Shown piece after piece: positions 12,031 through 26,730 of a stretch of DNA of 64,000 bases. How positions within the stretch are numbered: position 1 is the stretch's first letter; each line of letters starts with the position of its first letter. Made by a program: the position numbers and the translations under genes. Under the pieces are notes generated by a model. It searched no databases. It was not told the DNA's origin and was given only the letters and a program-made list of their open reading frames with translations. Origin of the DNA: Stegostoma tigrinum (taxonomy: Eukaryota); assembly GCF_030684315.1 (NCBI RefSeq), contig NC_081372.1, positions 31,511,481 to 31,575,480 of the forward strand. The letters run 5' to 3'.

Positions 12031-13304
12031 AATGTTTTCCTTGCCCTACACTCAGTAGGATTGTTCTTTCCCCAGATAGCCTGCTGTGGCCTCTTTCTTT
12101 GGAATTCTGCCAGCAAAGCAAATGTTCCAATTCTGCTGTTTTCCCACAGGCAAGCCATTTATGAAAGTATGGCAACTGCTGTCAGTTCATCCCTTTTGTT
12201 CAGATGTGGCTTGAGAACTAGTTTCTCTCGATACTCAGGCCTTTTTCTTCAAACTTGTGTTGTCTCACCTGCAGTAATAGGTCTCAGACCAAAACCAGGC
12301 ACAAATTTTTACCCCATTATCACTGTACCATCTAACATTAAATTTACATCAAATTCAGACAACTTACAATAAAGATTTATCTGATAAAGGAAGAGTCATA
12401 CAGGTACAATAGAAAACTTGTCTGGAAGTTAAGTTTCTGCTAAACTAATGGGTTCTGAAGATCTACACCTATCTTGTGCTGTACATGTGACCTGGGAATG
12501 TTTAATACCAATACTAGGTAAGTTTCTCAGCATCACCAACCTCCGTTCAATAAGCTCAATAATGATTGACAATTAAATCACTGTAATTTTAATATAAATT
12601 GATTTATCAACATCTTGCAATAAAACAAGAAACTTATAAAAACTGAATGAAAAGCTAGAAATGAAGTTAGTAGTAAATCTTGTCATGGTAAAGTATAACA
12701 AAAAAGCTTGGCACAGTTTAACCAATAAAAGATTTCCTGTCTGAGTAAGTTAATATCTGGAATTTTTACCAATCTTGAGTATGCGCACAATGAGGTGTGG
12801 AAGATGCAGCCCTGACCTTTACCCTCTCTTGTTATGCACTGATGCAGGACTATCTAGTTTTTTTTATCTTTATCCTGAGATAGAGTAAAATAAACAAGAT
12901 TACAATTAACATGCCTTGAGTCGCCATCTGTGAATGCAGAAATTTTCCATGCTCTTAATACCAGTGTCAGGGTTTGCCATTGTTAATTATTGTTTTATCG
13001 ATGTGTGATAATGATAATCCCTCCTCCCCCACTTCCTCACATCAATCACTTATATTTTGTGCAATATTGTATTAGTTACCAACCTAAAAGATTTTTGCCC
13101 CAGAAAAAACATGGCAACAGTAATAGAAAGTGCTTGTTTGTGATCAGTCAATTCCTCTCTCAGTATGCTACATTCTTGTTGAGGAAACTTTATCTAAAAT
13201 ATGCTGAAGTACGTATTCTGATCATATGCTTACCTCCTGGTCTGCTTCTTCTCTCATAGCCTGCATATTCTAGTGTTGGTGACTTGTTACAACAAAGGCA
13301 GAGG

Positions 13305-13495
13305 GACATTACGAGCAGGAGTACACCTCATTCCGGCCCTGGCATCGGCTCCACCATTCAATTAGATTTAGGCTGATCCACTTCAACACAATTTTCCTAT
13401 CTCTAGTCCACATGCTATCTACCCCTATCTATCAAAAATCTATCAATCATGTCTCAAATGTTCATATTGTCCCACAGACTTTTGGGGTTGACAGC
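13305..13495 (-). mobile_element. CR1 3' end fragment
   Basis: gagcaggagta...ctccaccattcaattagatttaggctgatc is the reverse complement of a CR1 3' terminus. Confidence 0.65.
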
Positions 13496-14909
13496 TGGTG
13501 AATATATCACTGTTAAGTAGTTACCAAAAGGAATTTAAGATGCTTGCTCAAATTAGTGGATGTCTATACAAAAGTGCATTCAGATGTTACGATTTTAGGA
13601 TCTCAGTTTCATGTTTTTTATAAATTCTACCACCATTTACCGCACGTGTACGCGAAGAATGGCAAAAGTTGTGGTGTGCCATAAAGTCAAGGCACAGGTA
13701 TTTTGTTTAATTGCTAATCTGTCTGAGAAAACATGTACTGGTGACTGCAACCATATAAGAGATTGCTGAGAAAATGGCAGTTGAAAGCACTTGTAAATTT
13801 CAGTCTCCAATTTAATGCCTGCTTTTCATAATTTTTCAGGTTGTTTCATGTTTGTATCAACTGTTCTGCCTTAATTATTCAGCACATCGGTTTTGCACCA
13901 AATTTCCATTAGAATTGCTGACATGAGTCATCTGCTTTATATTCAGTAATAATTATTATATAACAAATGAGTTCCTGTTTTGAAAGCTAACCTTACTGTA
14001 CTTAGACTAGAGATCTTCATGTTTTTGGAATTGTCTCAGTGCTTATAGGTTGACTGAAAGTTAAAAGTCATGATACGTTCACAGGATTTATGGAAAACAT
14101 GTCTTCTATTTTTAACTCTGCATTCTTGCAAGTGGCACAGTACCTGTGCTGCAAAGACAATTAAGCACCAAAGCGATGTAAACACATATGAATATATGCT
14201 GACATTCAAGAAGAGTTGGCCCATTTTTTAAAATCAATTATTCTCAAGTGTAAATCTTTAAAAAAATGAGCAAATTCTCTTACAAGGTGATTATGCAGAA
14301 CAGAGGAGTCAGGGGCTAATATCAATGCCGTAAGTCATACACCAAGAGAAAAGCAACATAAGGTTTTCATCTAATTTCAGCCGAGTTTCACACACACTAG
14401 CTACAGGCTGTCAAATGAATACTGATGAATATCGTGATTTGCAAAATGGCTTTGGAATTGCAGCAAGTGCTCCTTTACTGGCAACGGTTGTAGTATTTTG
14501 CATTAAATCTTAAACCTCCAGCTATGTCTGGAGAATCACTGAAATTTTCTGCAAATTCTTTGTTGCATGAGTCAGTAGTATTTACACTGTGTTTATAACT
14601 AAACATCAAAGAACCTGTATCAGGAACATTCAAAAAGAAAAAAAAGTATTTAATTTTAAATTAAAGCTGAACAAGAACATCAAATGGAACTGGCATAGAC
14701 TGGTAGGTACTATGTCAGGAACTGGACTGTAGGAAATAACACTCTAGTTTTGTTCATGGCCCGTTGATCACATTTGCTGATGAAGTGCCTGGAATTCAGC
14801 ACCTGCTGTTAGTGGCAGGAAAGCAAATTGGGTAAAAACTCAATAAGACATTAACATTAACCTGACAGGCCTTCTAAGTACTGTATATGCAAATTCAGGC
14901 ATGATCCAT

Positions 14910-15125
14910 GTTTGATTTGATTTGATTTATTACTGTCACATGTAGCGAGGTAGAGTGAAAAGTCTTGTCTTATGTGCTTTATAGGCAGTTCGTACTATAC
15001 ATGTGCATCAGAGTAACAAAACAGAGTGCAGGATACAGTGTTACAGCTGCCGAGAAGGTGCAGAGAGCGATCAATATCAACATTAAAGAGGTCCATTTCA
15101 AAATTCTGATAACAGCAGGAAGAAA
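14910..15125 (-). mobile_element. LINE 3' end with (TCAAA)n tail (Rex1/Babar-like, family uncertain)
   Basis: The minus strand ends ...catgtgacagtaataaatcaaatcaaatcaaa. The same tail type occurs at 56310-56365. Confidence 0.6.
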
Positions 15126-16494
15126 GTAGAGATTAAAATAACTGCAAAGTTTTCAAATGTAGTTTATGGAATGTCACTGGAAGCAACAAATTTTATGATG
15201 ATTATATCTTTTATAATGATTTGTGCTTCTTCAAACGTATGTTGTTCATCTTTTCTGCAACTGTGACAGTTTAAGTGATACAGCTCTTACAGTTTTACAC
15301 AGGTAAAATTCACAGATAATCAGGGTGCCAAAATTGTTACTGACTGGCAACTTAGTTGCATGACTGGGTGTAAGGGAAAAGATAATCCACACATGAACCC
15401 AGGAACAAGCTGGGTCCAATCCATGAGAGATAATAGTCAGAGCTGGGAACGCTTATGACTTTACAAACTGGGAGAATAAAAGAAAATATAACAATGGAAA
15501 GATTGGGCTGAAAGAGGAAGAAAGTCATAGGATGCAGAGGAACAATTTGGCATCAGGAAATGAAAATTAGCTGATCTGAAGGAAAAAGCAAACACAAGAA
15601 AGTCAGCTGGAGTCAGGATGTTATGCCCCAAGGAAAGCACTCAAGCTATGTAAGGAAACTCTTGGGGAAAACAAAACACTTAGGACAGGCCACAAAATAC
15701 TAAGGGCTGCAAGGAGCACTTAGGGTCAGGAAGCACTTGAAACAGTAGATCATACTAGGGAGCACTCAGAAAATGTTGCCAGGCCACAAAACAATTATCA
15801 ATGTTGACTTGTGTGTTCCCTAATTACTCAGTTGATTGATTTGCTGGACTTTAATGAAATACATATTTAAGCCACGTTCCCTATTTGGTCAGCAATAATT
15901 TGTGGGAAATTATTGGGTTGAACATTTATTTTAATCAGGTGCAAACTTGACATTCTGAAGTGTGACAGATGTACAATGCTATGTGCATTATGCACAAATA
16001 AGTCTGGAGCAGCCTTAATCATGGTGAGATAAGGAACACACTGTTTATAAAAAGAAGAGTGTTACGCAATGCATTACAGCATAGGTTGGATCTAGCTCCA
16101 ACAGGGAATTTCACAAGACAAACCATAAGCCTTTCTCCTACACTGTTCAGCTCAAAGGTTTTGGGCCTTTAGTTTGCTGGAAGTGTGAACCAACAACAAA
16201 GTGCCAAAAAAGAGAAGGAATGAAAAAATACATTAAGATAGAGGGAGAAAAGGGACAGAAAAGAATATTAAGGTTTTGCTTTTGGATTGACATCCTTAAA
16301 AGCCAACAACTATTTGACAAATGCAGGAATGACACTGAAAAGTTTAAGTTCTTATTTTTTCTGAGGCAGAAAGGCTGATTTACATAATATGAACAATAAC
16401 ATCACTAAAAGGATGCTTAATGACCATCTATATCTTTCTGTGTGAATCTGGCGTGTTCTTAAACATAATAAGTGAGAAGTAATAATAAAAAAAA

Positions 16495-19400
16495 TTTCTG
16501 CAGCTGATAGTGAGAGATCAGAATGGTGTGTTGCCTCGTTGGTAACAGGATCAAGGATGTCTCAGAGAAATATTCTCAAAGGGGAGAGTGACCAGCAGAA
16601 GGTCATTGTCCACATTGGAACTAATGACAAAAGAAGAGAAAAGGACAAGGTTCTGAGGAGAGAACATTAGAGATTAGGTTAAATTGTAGGCCCGCGAGGG
16701 CATTAATATCTGGAGTACTCCTGGTGCCATGTGCTATTGTGAGTAGGAATAGGAGGTTAGGGCAGATGAGTGTGTGGCTGAGGAGGATACATATTTTTGG
16801 ATCATTGGAATCTCTTCTGGTGTAGAAGTGACCTGTATAAGAGGGATGAATTGCACCTACATTGGAAGGGGACTAATATAGTCTTGGGAAGATTTATTAG
16901 AGCTGCTTGGGAGGGTTTAAATTAGTAAGGGAGGGGAGGTGGGACCCAGAAAGATACTGAGAAAAGAGATCAGTTGAGGCTGGTGCAATTGAGGAAAGGA
17001 GCAAGTCAAACAATCAAGGGTGGGCATAGCAAGGCAGAAAATGAGCTGATTAATTAACTGCATTTATTTCAATGCAAGGGGCCTGATAAGTAAAGAAGAT
17101 GAACTCAGGGCATGGTGGGAACATGGAACTGGGATATCATAGCTATGACAGAGATGTAGCGAGGGGGTGAACAGGACTGGCAGCTTAATGTTCCATGGCA
17201 CAGATGCTATAGGAAGGACAGAAAGTGGGGCAAGCGAGGAGGGGGAATTGCAGTTTTGGTGAGGGATAACATTACAGCTGAACTTAGGGAGGATACTCTG
17301 GGGACCACATACACTTAAATTATGTGGGTGGAATTGAGAAATAAGAAAGAGATGATCGCCTTATTGGGGTTGTGCTATAGACCCCCCAATAGTCAGCAGG
17401 AAATTAAGAAACTGATTTGTAAGGAGATTTCAGTTATCTGTAAGAGTAATAGGGTTGCAATGGTGGAAATTTTTTACTTTTCAAGGTGTTAAGGGCTTGG
17501 ATAGAAAGGAATTTGTTAAGCGTGTACAAGAACATTTTCTTATTCAGTATATTGATGTACCTATTGGAAAAGGAGCAAAACTTGACCTTATCTTGGGAAA
17601 TAAGGTAGGGCCAGGGACTGAAGTGTCAGTGGGGGAGCATTTAGGGCCAGTGATCATAATTTTTTTAGTTTTAACATAGTTATGATAAAGGATAGATCTG
17701 ATCTAAAAGTTAAAGTTCTAAATTGGAGAAATGTCAATTTTGATGCTCTAGTTGATTGGGAGTGAATATTTGCAGGTTAAGGCACGGCTGGACAGTTGGA
17801 ACTCTTCAAAAATAAGAGAATCAGAATCCAGAGACTGTATGTTCCTGTTAATGGGAAGGGCAAGGCTAGTAGGTGCGGGGAATATTGGATGACTCGAGAA
17901 ATTGAGACCATTGTCAATAAAAAGAAGGAAGCATATGTCAGGTATAGACAGCTAGGACTGAATGAATCCTCAGAGGAGTATAAAGACAGGAGGAATATAC
18001 TGAAAAGGGAAATCAGGAAGGCAAAAAGGGGACATGAGATGGCTTTGGGAAGTAGGGTTAAGAAGAATCCAAAGAGATTCTACAAATACATTAAGGACAA
18101 AAAAGAGTAATGAGGGAGACAATAGAGCCACTTGAAGATCAGTAAGGCCACCTATGTGTGGAACCGCAGGAGATGGGTGAGATACTAAATGAATATTTTG
18201 CATCAGTGTTTACTGTAGAGAAAGATATGGAAGTTATGAACTTTGGGAAATAAATAGTGATATCTTGGGAGGTGGCCATAATAAAGAGGAGGAAGTGTTG
18301 GGCATCTTAAAATGCATAAATCTGGATAAATCCCTGGCGCCTGAGCAGATGTAGCCCAGATTTTTGTGGGAAGCTAGGGAAGTGACTGCTGGGCCCCTTG
18401 ATGAGATATTTGTATCATTGATAGCTACAGGTGAGGTGCTGGAAGACTGAAGGTTGGTTAATATGGTGCCATTATTTAAGAATGGTGATAAGGAAAAGCC
18501 AGAGAGCTAAGGACCAGTGAGCCTAATGTCAGTGGAGGGTAAGTTGTTGGAGAGGACTCTGAGGGACAGGATTTAAATGTATTTGGAAAGACAAGGATTG
18601 ATTAGAGATAGACAACATGGCTTTGTGTGTGGTAAATCATGTCTCACTAACTTGATTGAGCTTTTTGCAGGAGTGACAAAGAAGATTGATTAAGGAAGTG
18701 TGGTGAACATTGTCTATATGAACTTCAGTAAGGTGTTCAACAAGATTCCAGTTGCTAGACTGGTTGGCAAGGTTAGGTCACTTGGAATACAGAGAGAGCT
18801 AGCCATTTGCATGCAAAATTGGCTTGAAGGTAGCAGACAGACAGTGGTGGTGGAGGGTTGCTTTTTGAGCTGGAGAGCTGCATCCAGCAGTGTACTACAA
18901 GGATCGGTGCTGGGTCTAATGCTTTTCGTCATTTATATAAATGATTTGTTTGTGAATACAGATGGTATGGTTATTAAATTTGCAGATGACACTAAAATTG
19001 ATGGTGTAACGAACGGCCAAGAAGCTTAATTCAGAGTACAACAGGATCTTGATCAAATGGGCAAATGGGTCAAAGTGTGGCAGACAGAGTGTAATTTAGA
19101 TAATGTCAGGAGCTGCATCTTGGAAAGGCAAATCAGGGCAGGATTTATACACTTAATGGTAAAGTCCTGGAGAGTGTTGCTGAACAAAGAAACCTTGGAG
19201 TGCAAATTCAAAGTTCCTCAAAAGTGAAGTCACAGGCAAACAGGATGGTGACAATAGTATTTGGTATACTTGTCTTTTTTGGTTGGTGCATTGAGTACAG
19301 GAGTTGGGAAGTCATGTCATGACTGTACAGGACATTGATTAGGCCAGTTTTGGAATATCGCATCAGTTCTGGGCTCCCTGCTAATAGGAATGATGTTGTG

Positions 19401-19895
19401 AAACTTGCAAGGGTTCAGAAAATATTTACAAGAATATTGCCAGAGTTGGTGGGTTTGAGCCGTACTACGAAGTTGAATAGGCTGGGGCTATTTTCCCTGG
19501 AGCATCAGAGGCTGAGGGGCGACCTTATAGAAGTTTATAAAATCATGAGGGGCATGGATAGGGTGAAGAGCCATGGTCTTTTTCCCAGGGTAGGCAAGTC
19601 CAAAACTCAAGGACAAAGGTTTAAGATGAGAGGGCAAGATTTAGAAGGGACCCAAGAGGCAATCTTTTCATGCAGAGGGTGGTGTGTATATGGAATGAGC
19701 TGCCAGAAGAGGTGCTGGTGACCGGTATACTTACAACATTGAGAAGGCATCCAGATCAGTACATGAATAGGAAGGGTTTAGAGGGATATGGGCCAAATGC
19801 TGGCAAATGGGACTAGATTAATTTAGGATATCTGGTCAGCATAGACAAGTTGAACTGAAGGGTCTGCTTCTGTGCTCTATGTCTCTATGATTCTC
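16495..19895 (+). mobile_element. Near-full-length but inactivated CR1 (HER1-like) LINE: ORF1 esterase, ORF2 APE plus RT, 3' tail
   Basis: ORF1 motifs (VHIGTND, DELHLH); APE start (CIYFNARG, YRPPN); RT (QGSVLG, IKFADDTK in ORF 18700-19029); C-terminal RLRGDLIEVYKIMRG; tail ctatgtctctatgattct. Multiple stops and frameshifts. Confidence 0.92.
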
Positions 19896-19964
19896 TGCCT
19901 ATAATGATGTTAAGTTTTGCGCAAAGCGAACTGCAGACAGTGTAAATCGACAAGCAAATTTTAA

Positions 19965-20112
19965 ATAAAATGAAAACAAAAACAAAATACTGTGGATGTT
20001 TGAAATCTGAAATATAATGACAAAATTCTGGAGCAACTCAGCAGGCCTGGCTGCATCTGTGAAAAAAGAAACAGTTAAAATGTTTCATGTCCAAAATGAC
20101 TTTCCTTCACAG
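19965..20112 (-). mobile_element. PLE family-A pLTR end
   Basis: ctggagcaactcagcaggcctggctgcatctgtg matches 1795-1830 and 8340-8372. It ends at a decayed HHR. Confidence 0.7.
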
Positions 20113-21419
20113 CTTCAGTAAAGTTTGGACATTTGCAACTCAATATTTATCTCTTAAACCTTAATACACCACAATTTTCCATAATGTTCTAACCAAACGT
20201 ATTATATAATACAAGAAATAGAATGTATATTTTAATAGATGACTTATTAAGTACCTTGCTTCTCTCTTTCCACATTCCGAAGAAAAGACCTTTATCCAAG
20301 TTCATGTAACAAAACTTTTTTTTTGCTATTTGCACTTCAACAGATCATTATCATTACTTATTAAACCCCAAGTAACTGGAGCATGCATTGACCACTGAAA
20401 CCCACAAATATATGCTGCATTTCAATTTTTTATAAATTCATTTGGTGCATGATTATATGACTGCTCTGAGATTAGCTTCCATCCCAACATTTACTTCATT
20501 GACAATGTTATTCCACTTCCATTACGATGCCCACGTCTACCCTAAGTACCCTTTCTACTTCTGAAATTGTTAAAATATTAAATTCTTCAATTTGCTTTTC
20601 TGTAGAAATCCTGCATTTCAACAAATCCAAAATACTGTAATCTTAGTTATTTTTAATTTGAAAAACGAACATCTTAGTTTCTGTCTTAATAGGTCTTTGA
20701 AGATAGAAGTCATTGCAATCTTTTCCAAAGGTTTTTACATTAGGAACACAGAATGTCTGAGAGATGCCACATTCCTCAGATTGCTCTTTTCACCACACCC
20801 TGAGATCCACACTCAGTCATAGTGCCACCTCTCTCTCCATCAACACTGACTCACCCTATGTCAAAGCATCCTGGTCCCAATTTTCACCTTAATTTTCTTT
20901 CACACCAAAAGCCTTAACTAAAAAGTTCTGTTTTGTCTCTTGTCAAGGGTTAACGAATGCAAGCTCCAACAATTTTGATTCTTGATACCCTCCTCAATAC
21001 TCTTCCCCTCCTGGTCCCAGTCATTCCTCTAATCACACCTCTCATTGTGTAATCATTCTACCTTCTGACCTTTCACTTTCTGGCACTGAGTGTTCAGTGG
21101 TCAGCAAAAGATTTAGTTTCATCTTGTTGCCATGACATCAGCCACCTCAATTTCTCTGCAACTCTTACCCACTCTAACCTGTCTTCCTCTGAACTTCCAG
21201 CACTCCTTTATCTCAGGTAACCTTGACTTTGCTAGCAAACTTGCTGGCAAGTGTGATGCTGGTATCATCTGGCCTACTGATCTCTATGCTGAATGCCAAC
21301 TCTTGGGAGACTCCTTAGTAACTCTGCTTGACTATTAGCCACCACTGAAAATCATGCAATTGATTTCAGAACTGTCATCAGCCTCATTTCCTCCAGAAAT
21401 CTCCACTCTATAGCTTCCC

Positions 21420-22310
21420 ACCACAACTGTTTACAATATATATTAATGATTTGGAGGAAGAAAGTGAATGTATTGTAGCCAAATTTGTCGATGACACAAA
21501 TATAGGTGGAAAGACAGGTTGCGAGAGATTGATAGGTTAAGTAAGTCACCAAAAAATTGACAAATGAAGTGTAAAATGGGAAAATGTGAAGTTGTTTAAT
21601 TTGCAAGGGAGAACAAAATAACTATTATTAAGAGTAGGGAAGTCTTTCTGCGACTATACAAGGTGCTGGTGAGACTGCATCAGGAGCGCTGTGAGCAGTT
21701 TGGTCCCCTTATCTAAGGAATGATATCATTTCATTGGAGGCAGTCCGGAGAAGATTCATGAGGGTGTTCTCCAGTATGGAGGGATTGTCTTATGAGCAAA
21801 GGTTAAACAGGTTGAGTTTCAAAGAAAGAGAGGACATCTCATTGAAACATGCAGGATTCTTAAGGGGCTCAACAAGGTAAGTGCTGAAAGAAAATTTCCC
21901 CTCATGGGGGACTCTAGGACCAGGGTGCGCAGTCTCAGGATATAGGGGTGCCAATTTAAGACTGAGATGAGACATTCTGTGTGCCTAATGTAAAAACCTT
22001 TGGAAAAGATTGTGATGACTTCTATCTTCGAAGACCTTTTAAAACAGAAACTAAGATGTTCTTCTCTTGGAGGTTTGAGAATCTTTTGAGCTTCTTGTCA
22101 CTGAGAGCTGTGGGGCTGAGTCTTTCTGTATATTTAAGTTTGATATAGATTCCTGATCAGTAGGGGAGTCCAGGGTTACAGGGAAAATGCAGGAAATTGC
22201 ATGTAAGGAATATTGGATGATCCCATGATCCCATTGAATGCTGCTGCAGGCTTGAAGGGCCATATAGCCGACTCCTGTTCCAATTCCTTATGATCTTATT
22301 ATGGTCTTAT
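21420..22310 (+). mobile_element. CR1 LINE 3' fragments
   Basis: Remnants of KFVDDT and LYKVLVR, plus a tail ccttatgatcttattatggtctt. Confidence 0.8.
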
Positions 22311-22459
22311 AGAGCAACACTGGTAATGACTCAGCCAGTCATTAAATCCTACCTCTCTACTTTCCTCCACCTTGTCTTGCAATGATGTCAAAAACTCATA
22401 ACACTCCCTCTGATCCAGTATTCCAGCCTTTTTGTTACTTCCCCTGTTCTCCCCATTGT

Positions 22460-25400
22460 AACTTATATTGTAAAATAGGTGGGAAAGTAAACTGTAATGA
22501 AGACATCAGAAATTTACAAATGGATATGGATTGATTGGGTGAATGAGCCAAAATCTGGCGTATGAAGTTTATCATGGTTAAGTGCATGGTTATTCATTTT
22601 GGTTGGAGGGATAGAAAAGCAATTTTTACCTAAATGGACAAAAACTTCAGAGTGCTTTGATGCAAGAGGATCTGTGTGTTCTCGTGCATGTATGAAGAAA
22701 TATTTTTTGACCTCCACTCCTGAAAGATCAGCTCTAACTTTTAAAATTTTCCCTTCAATAGACTCCCACATCAATGGCAATAGTTTCTATCTACCCCATT
22801 CTCTTCCTCTTATTATCATGAAAACTTCAGACAATTCACCCCACAATTTTTAATTCCAAGGAATACAACAGTAATTTGTGTATGTAATGTAACTCTTGGA
22901 CTTCAGATATCACTCTGATTAAATCCTTCAAGATCAATAAACTCCTTCAAAAGTATCATGCCTAGAACAGCTTGCAGTACTTCTGATATAGTCTAATAAG
23001 GGCTTTGTGCAGCTAACATATGACTTCTACTGTCTTGTATCCCTTTGGGTGTAAAGGCCAGCGTTCCATTAACTTTTTAAATTATTAACTATTTGTGACA
23101 TTTGAATGATTTATATATATACAGACTGTTAAGTCTTTTTGGATCCCAGTTGTGTAGATTTTCATCTTTCAGAAAGTATCCTGTTTTGTAAAACTACCTG
23201 GCGCATTCAAAAAACATCTTGCTTGAAGCTGATCAACCAGCATTGTGGTGACCTCATATGACATTGGATAAAGCTAATATAGAAGGAAAAGGAAGAATGC
23301 ATCCTGTTTTATCCTTTTTTTTCAGCCCAAAGTAGATTACATCACATTTATCTACTTTGAAATCCATTTGCCAGTTCTTCCTGTTCACTTAATCCATCAG
23401 CATCTGCTTGTAATTTTATGCTTCTATCGATAATACTACCTATCATTGTGTTATAGGCAAATTTGGCTTTCCAATCCATCATTTAAGTAGTTAACAAATG
23501 CAGTGAATAGTTGAATCCCCAACACAGATCACAAAGAACCATTAATGATCACATTGTGCCAACTAGAGTATTTGCACATTAATTATACACCTAAGAGCTA
23601 GATTTTCGTGCCCTGCTGGGAGAGGAAGTAAAAGCAGGAGGTACCAACAATTCCAGTGGCCTGTATGCCGTTATCCTGATGCCAGCATTGGCTATTTTAA
23701 GGGAGTTTGGATTATAACCAGTGGGACTGCATTGCCCCATGTGGCAGGTAGTGGATTTGGGTTGTAAAAAGCCATGCCCACTACAACTAAACGAGTTGTT
23801 CTTTTCCAGTCAGCCTCCAGTTTCCTGCTCAACGTATGTCTTTCATGATCTACCTTTACAAATCCATCCTGGCCTTCCCTCATAAGTTGAGCGTGCTTAG
23901 CTAATTCATAATTTTCTAATGACTGGTCTGCAATTCCCTGTTTCACCCTGTCACCTTTTATACATACCAGAGTGACAGGAGCAATTTTCCAGTCTAAACG
24001 AACAGGTCTTGAAACACAAAAGACTTTAGGAGATTTTGGTTAGGGCATCTGCATTGTTCTCAACAACTCCCTTTACATTCCAGTGTTGGAAACCATCTTG
24101 TGCTAAGGGTTTTCCACTCCTTTGTGCCATTATTTTCTTCATTATAATTAACTTATTTTTGTTGAGACCCTGTCGTTGATTCAGTAATAGTTGTTTGGAA
24201 TGTCTATCATGCTGACCTCAACCTATATGGTAAATGTTGACACAAAGTATTACTCAGCTTTTTTGTTTTCTCCTTATTTTCATTTACAATAGTTACTTTA
24301 CCATTAGGTTTTTATTGGGACCCAGCTTGCTCTTCACTAACCTCTTTTTTACAGCACATCACGAAACGGCTTGTGTTGATATTGATATCACTTGAAAGTT
24401 TCTTTTCATACTCTTTTTTTGTAGATTTTTCCACTCTTTGTTGCTTTTGTATCTTGCCGATATGCCAAGATCTGTGGTTTTTTTACTATTTTTGCATAAT
24501 TTACTTTAGCTTTATAGATCACATACCTCATCAGATGTCCATGGTGGTATTTTCGGCAAATACAGATCTTGCCTTACATGGGTACAGGTTAGCTCTGTAT
24601 GGCATTTTTAATACTTGCCACTGATCTTTTGTCACTTTATGGGGAGGTGATGGCCAAGTGGTATTATTGCTGGACTGTTAATCCAGAGACCCAGGTAGTG
24701 TTCTGGGGACCTGGGTTCAAATCCCGCCGTGGCAGATGGTTAAATTTGAATTCAATAAATATCCGGAATCAAGAGTCTTATGATGACCGTGAATCCATCG
24801 TCAATTGTTAGAAACACCCATCTGGTTCACTAATGTCCTTTAAGGAAAGAAACTGCCATCCTCACCTGGTCTGGCCTATATGTGACTCCAGATGCATAGC
24901 AATGTAGTTGACTCTTAACTGTCCACTGGATAATTAGGCATGGGCAATAAATGCTGCCGAGCCAGCAACACCCTCATCAAGTGAATGATTAAAGAATTAT
25001 CCATTAACAAATTTACTCACTTTATTGCAGACAGTCTCAATCTCATCACATTAAAATCAATTACATCCAAATCTAGAATTCTTGTAGCTCTTTTACACAT
25101 GTTGCTGCAGGAAATGATCCTTGTTTTGACACACGAGATTCATAAGTGCTAGTCTCTTATTTAAATCTACATAGAAGTTAAAACCTCCCATTAAAAACAC
25201 TTTGTCTTTGATAACTGCTTATCTAATCTCTGCATGCATATAAACTATCACTTCACAAAAGCTACCAAACATAACTTTGTAATATCGTCTTAAATTTCAT
25301 TTTATCTCCTAATTATCCCATAAAAATCTCCATTGCTTGCTTACCTTGTGTTACATCATTTTTTATAATTGAAATTACTCCATTCATAATCAGTAAAGCT

Positions 25401-26730
25401 AGTTTCCACACAAACCATTCCCTTCTTTTGTGCAGATCTTATTTCTGGTTCCCAGTCATGACTGCCTTGTAACCATATCACAGTATTTTATCTCCCAATA
25501 ACCAGCATTAAAAATTATGGGAAAACTGTTTTAAATGTCACTATAGTTGTAGCCTGCCATACTCTACAAGTTGAATTTGCAGCTGCAATTCATTCATATT
25601 GGCTCTGCTGCATAAAGTATGCTCATAATATGAAATTCTATTCTGATGTCTTATTCACTCATGAAAATATTTCCTTTTCATTATTTAACTACTTTACTTC
25701 TTTTAGTTTTATTAATTTACTTGTAGCTTGAAAGGGCAGTTTCTACTCCGTTTGCTTCCGTTTATTTTCAAGCTATTATTGATGCTCCCTTTTCGATGTG
25801 ATCCCTCCTTCCCACTTGTAGATTAAATTCCTTGCCGTTGACCTATTTATATTTTCTAAGGCTGTGGTCTCAGGCTGATTTTTGTGGAGTCAATTCGAAC
25901 AATTCATTCCTTTTTTTTCAGAATACTAGTGTCAGTGCCCTGTGAAATGGAACCCCCTTCTACACACTATTATTTTAGCTATTTTACTAACCTGTTTATC
26001 CCTGTGCTAATTTGCACATTGCTCAGGTAAAAATCTAAAAGCTATAACCTTGTTCTTTAATTTAGCTCCTAGTTATTAGTACTTTTCAAGCAGGACCCCA
26101 GGCCTACACTTCCTGATATTACTGCTCCCATTATGAAATGCACTGACCGAGTTCCCACCCTTTCTCTAATTTTGGTTCAAACTGGGTTAAGGTGTCACTT
26201 TCACTGGTGCCAGGTAAGCAACTTACAATGTGGAATTCTCAATCTTATGGCCAAACATGGCATCTCTTCCCTTTAAATTTGAATGCCCTACAACCAATAC
26301 ATTATAATTCACGCACTCCATCTTGTTACAAGTTGCTATGGTCCCCATTCTGATGGATCTTCTGACTGTCTTTATCATTATCCTCACAGGTAGCAAGCAT
26401 ATTGTACTTTGGACAAGATCAGTTTCGATGGATCCTCTTTCTCCATTTCATCTCGGTGCCTCTGACTGGACACACTATCAGTCACACCATCCCTATTTTG
26501 AACCATTACTTTTCCACAAGGTGTGACTGAAGTCTGCATCTAACTTTTCAGGTGCTGCATTCCCTGTCTTAAGTGTCCAAGTGGGGTCACCTCACACAGC
26601 ACTCCCCAGCTTAACGATTCAGAGTCAGAGAGATAAGAGATATTGCATATCTGGGGGCTCAGGACAGTCAGGACAGCCGACCACAAAATCCCACACACTG
26701 CAATCTTGAAACATAACCAGCTCTGCAATT
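22460..26730 (-). mobile_element. Old, highly decayed CR1 LINE (mostly minus strand; short plus-strand piece at 22460-22690)
   Basis: Reverse-complement remnants of CR1 ORF2 (3' end near 22.7 kb) and ORF1-like sequence toward 26 kb. Boundaries are uncertain. Confidence 0.55.
24640..24997 (+). mobile_element. Full-length tRNA-derived SINE with CR1-type 3' tail
   Basis: A box tggccaagtgg and B box ggttcaaatccc (24714-24725). The tail gggcaataaatgctg...gtgaatgattaaagaa is shared with the LINE 3' end at 60910-61200(-). Confidence 0.8.

Noticed and set aside
15630-15795. Short recurring motifs (gcactt/agg, caggccacaaaa), also at 2340-2460, as a CRISPR-like array
   Set aside because: Irregular, degenerate tandem duplications in eukaryotic DNA with no constant repeat-spacer period.
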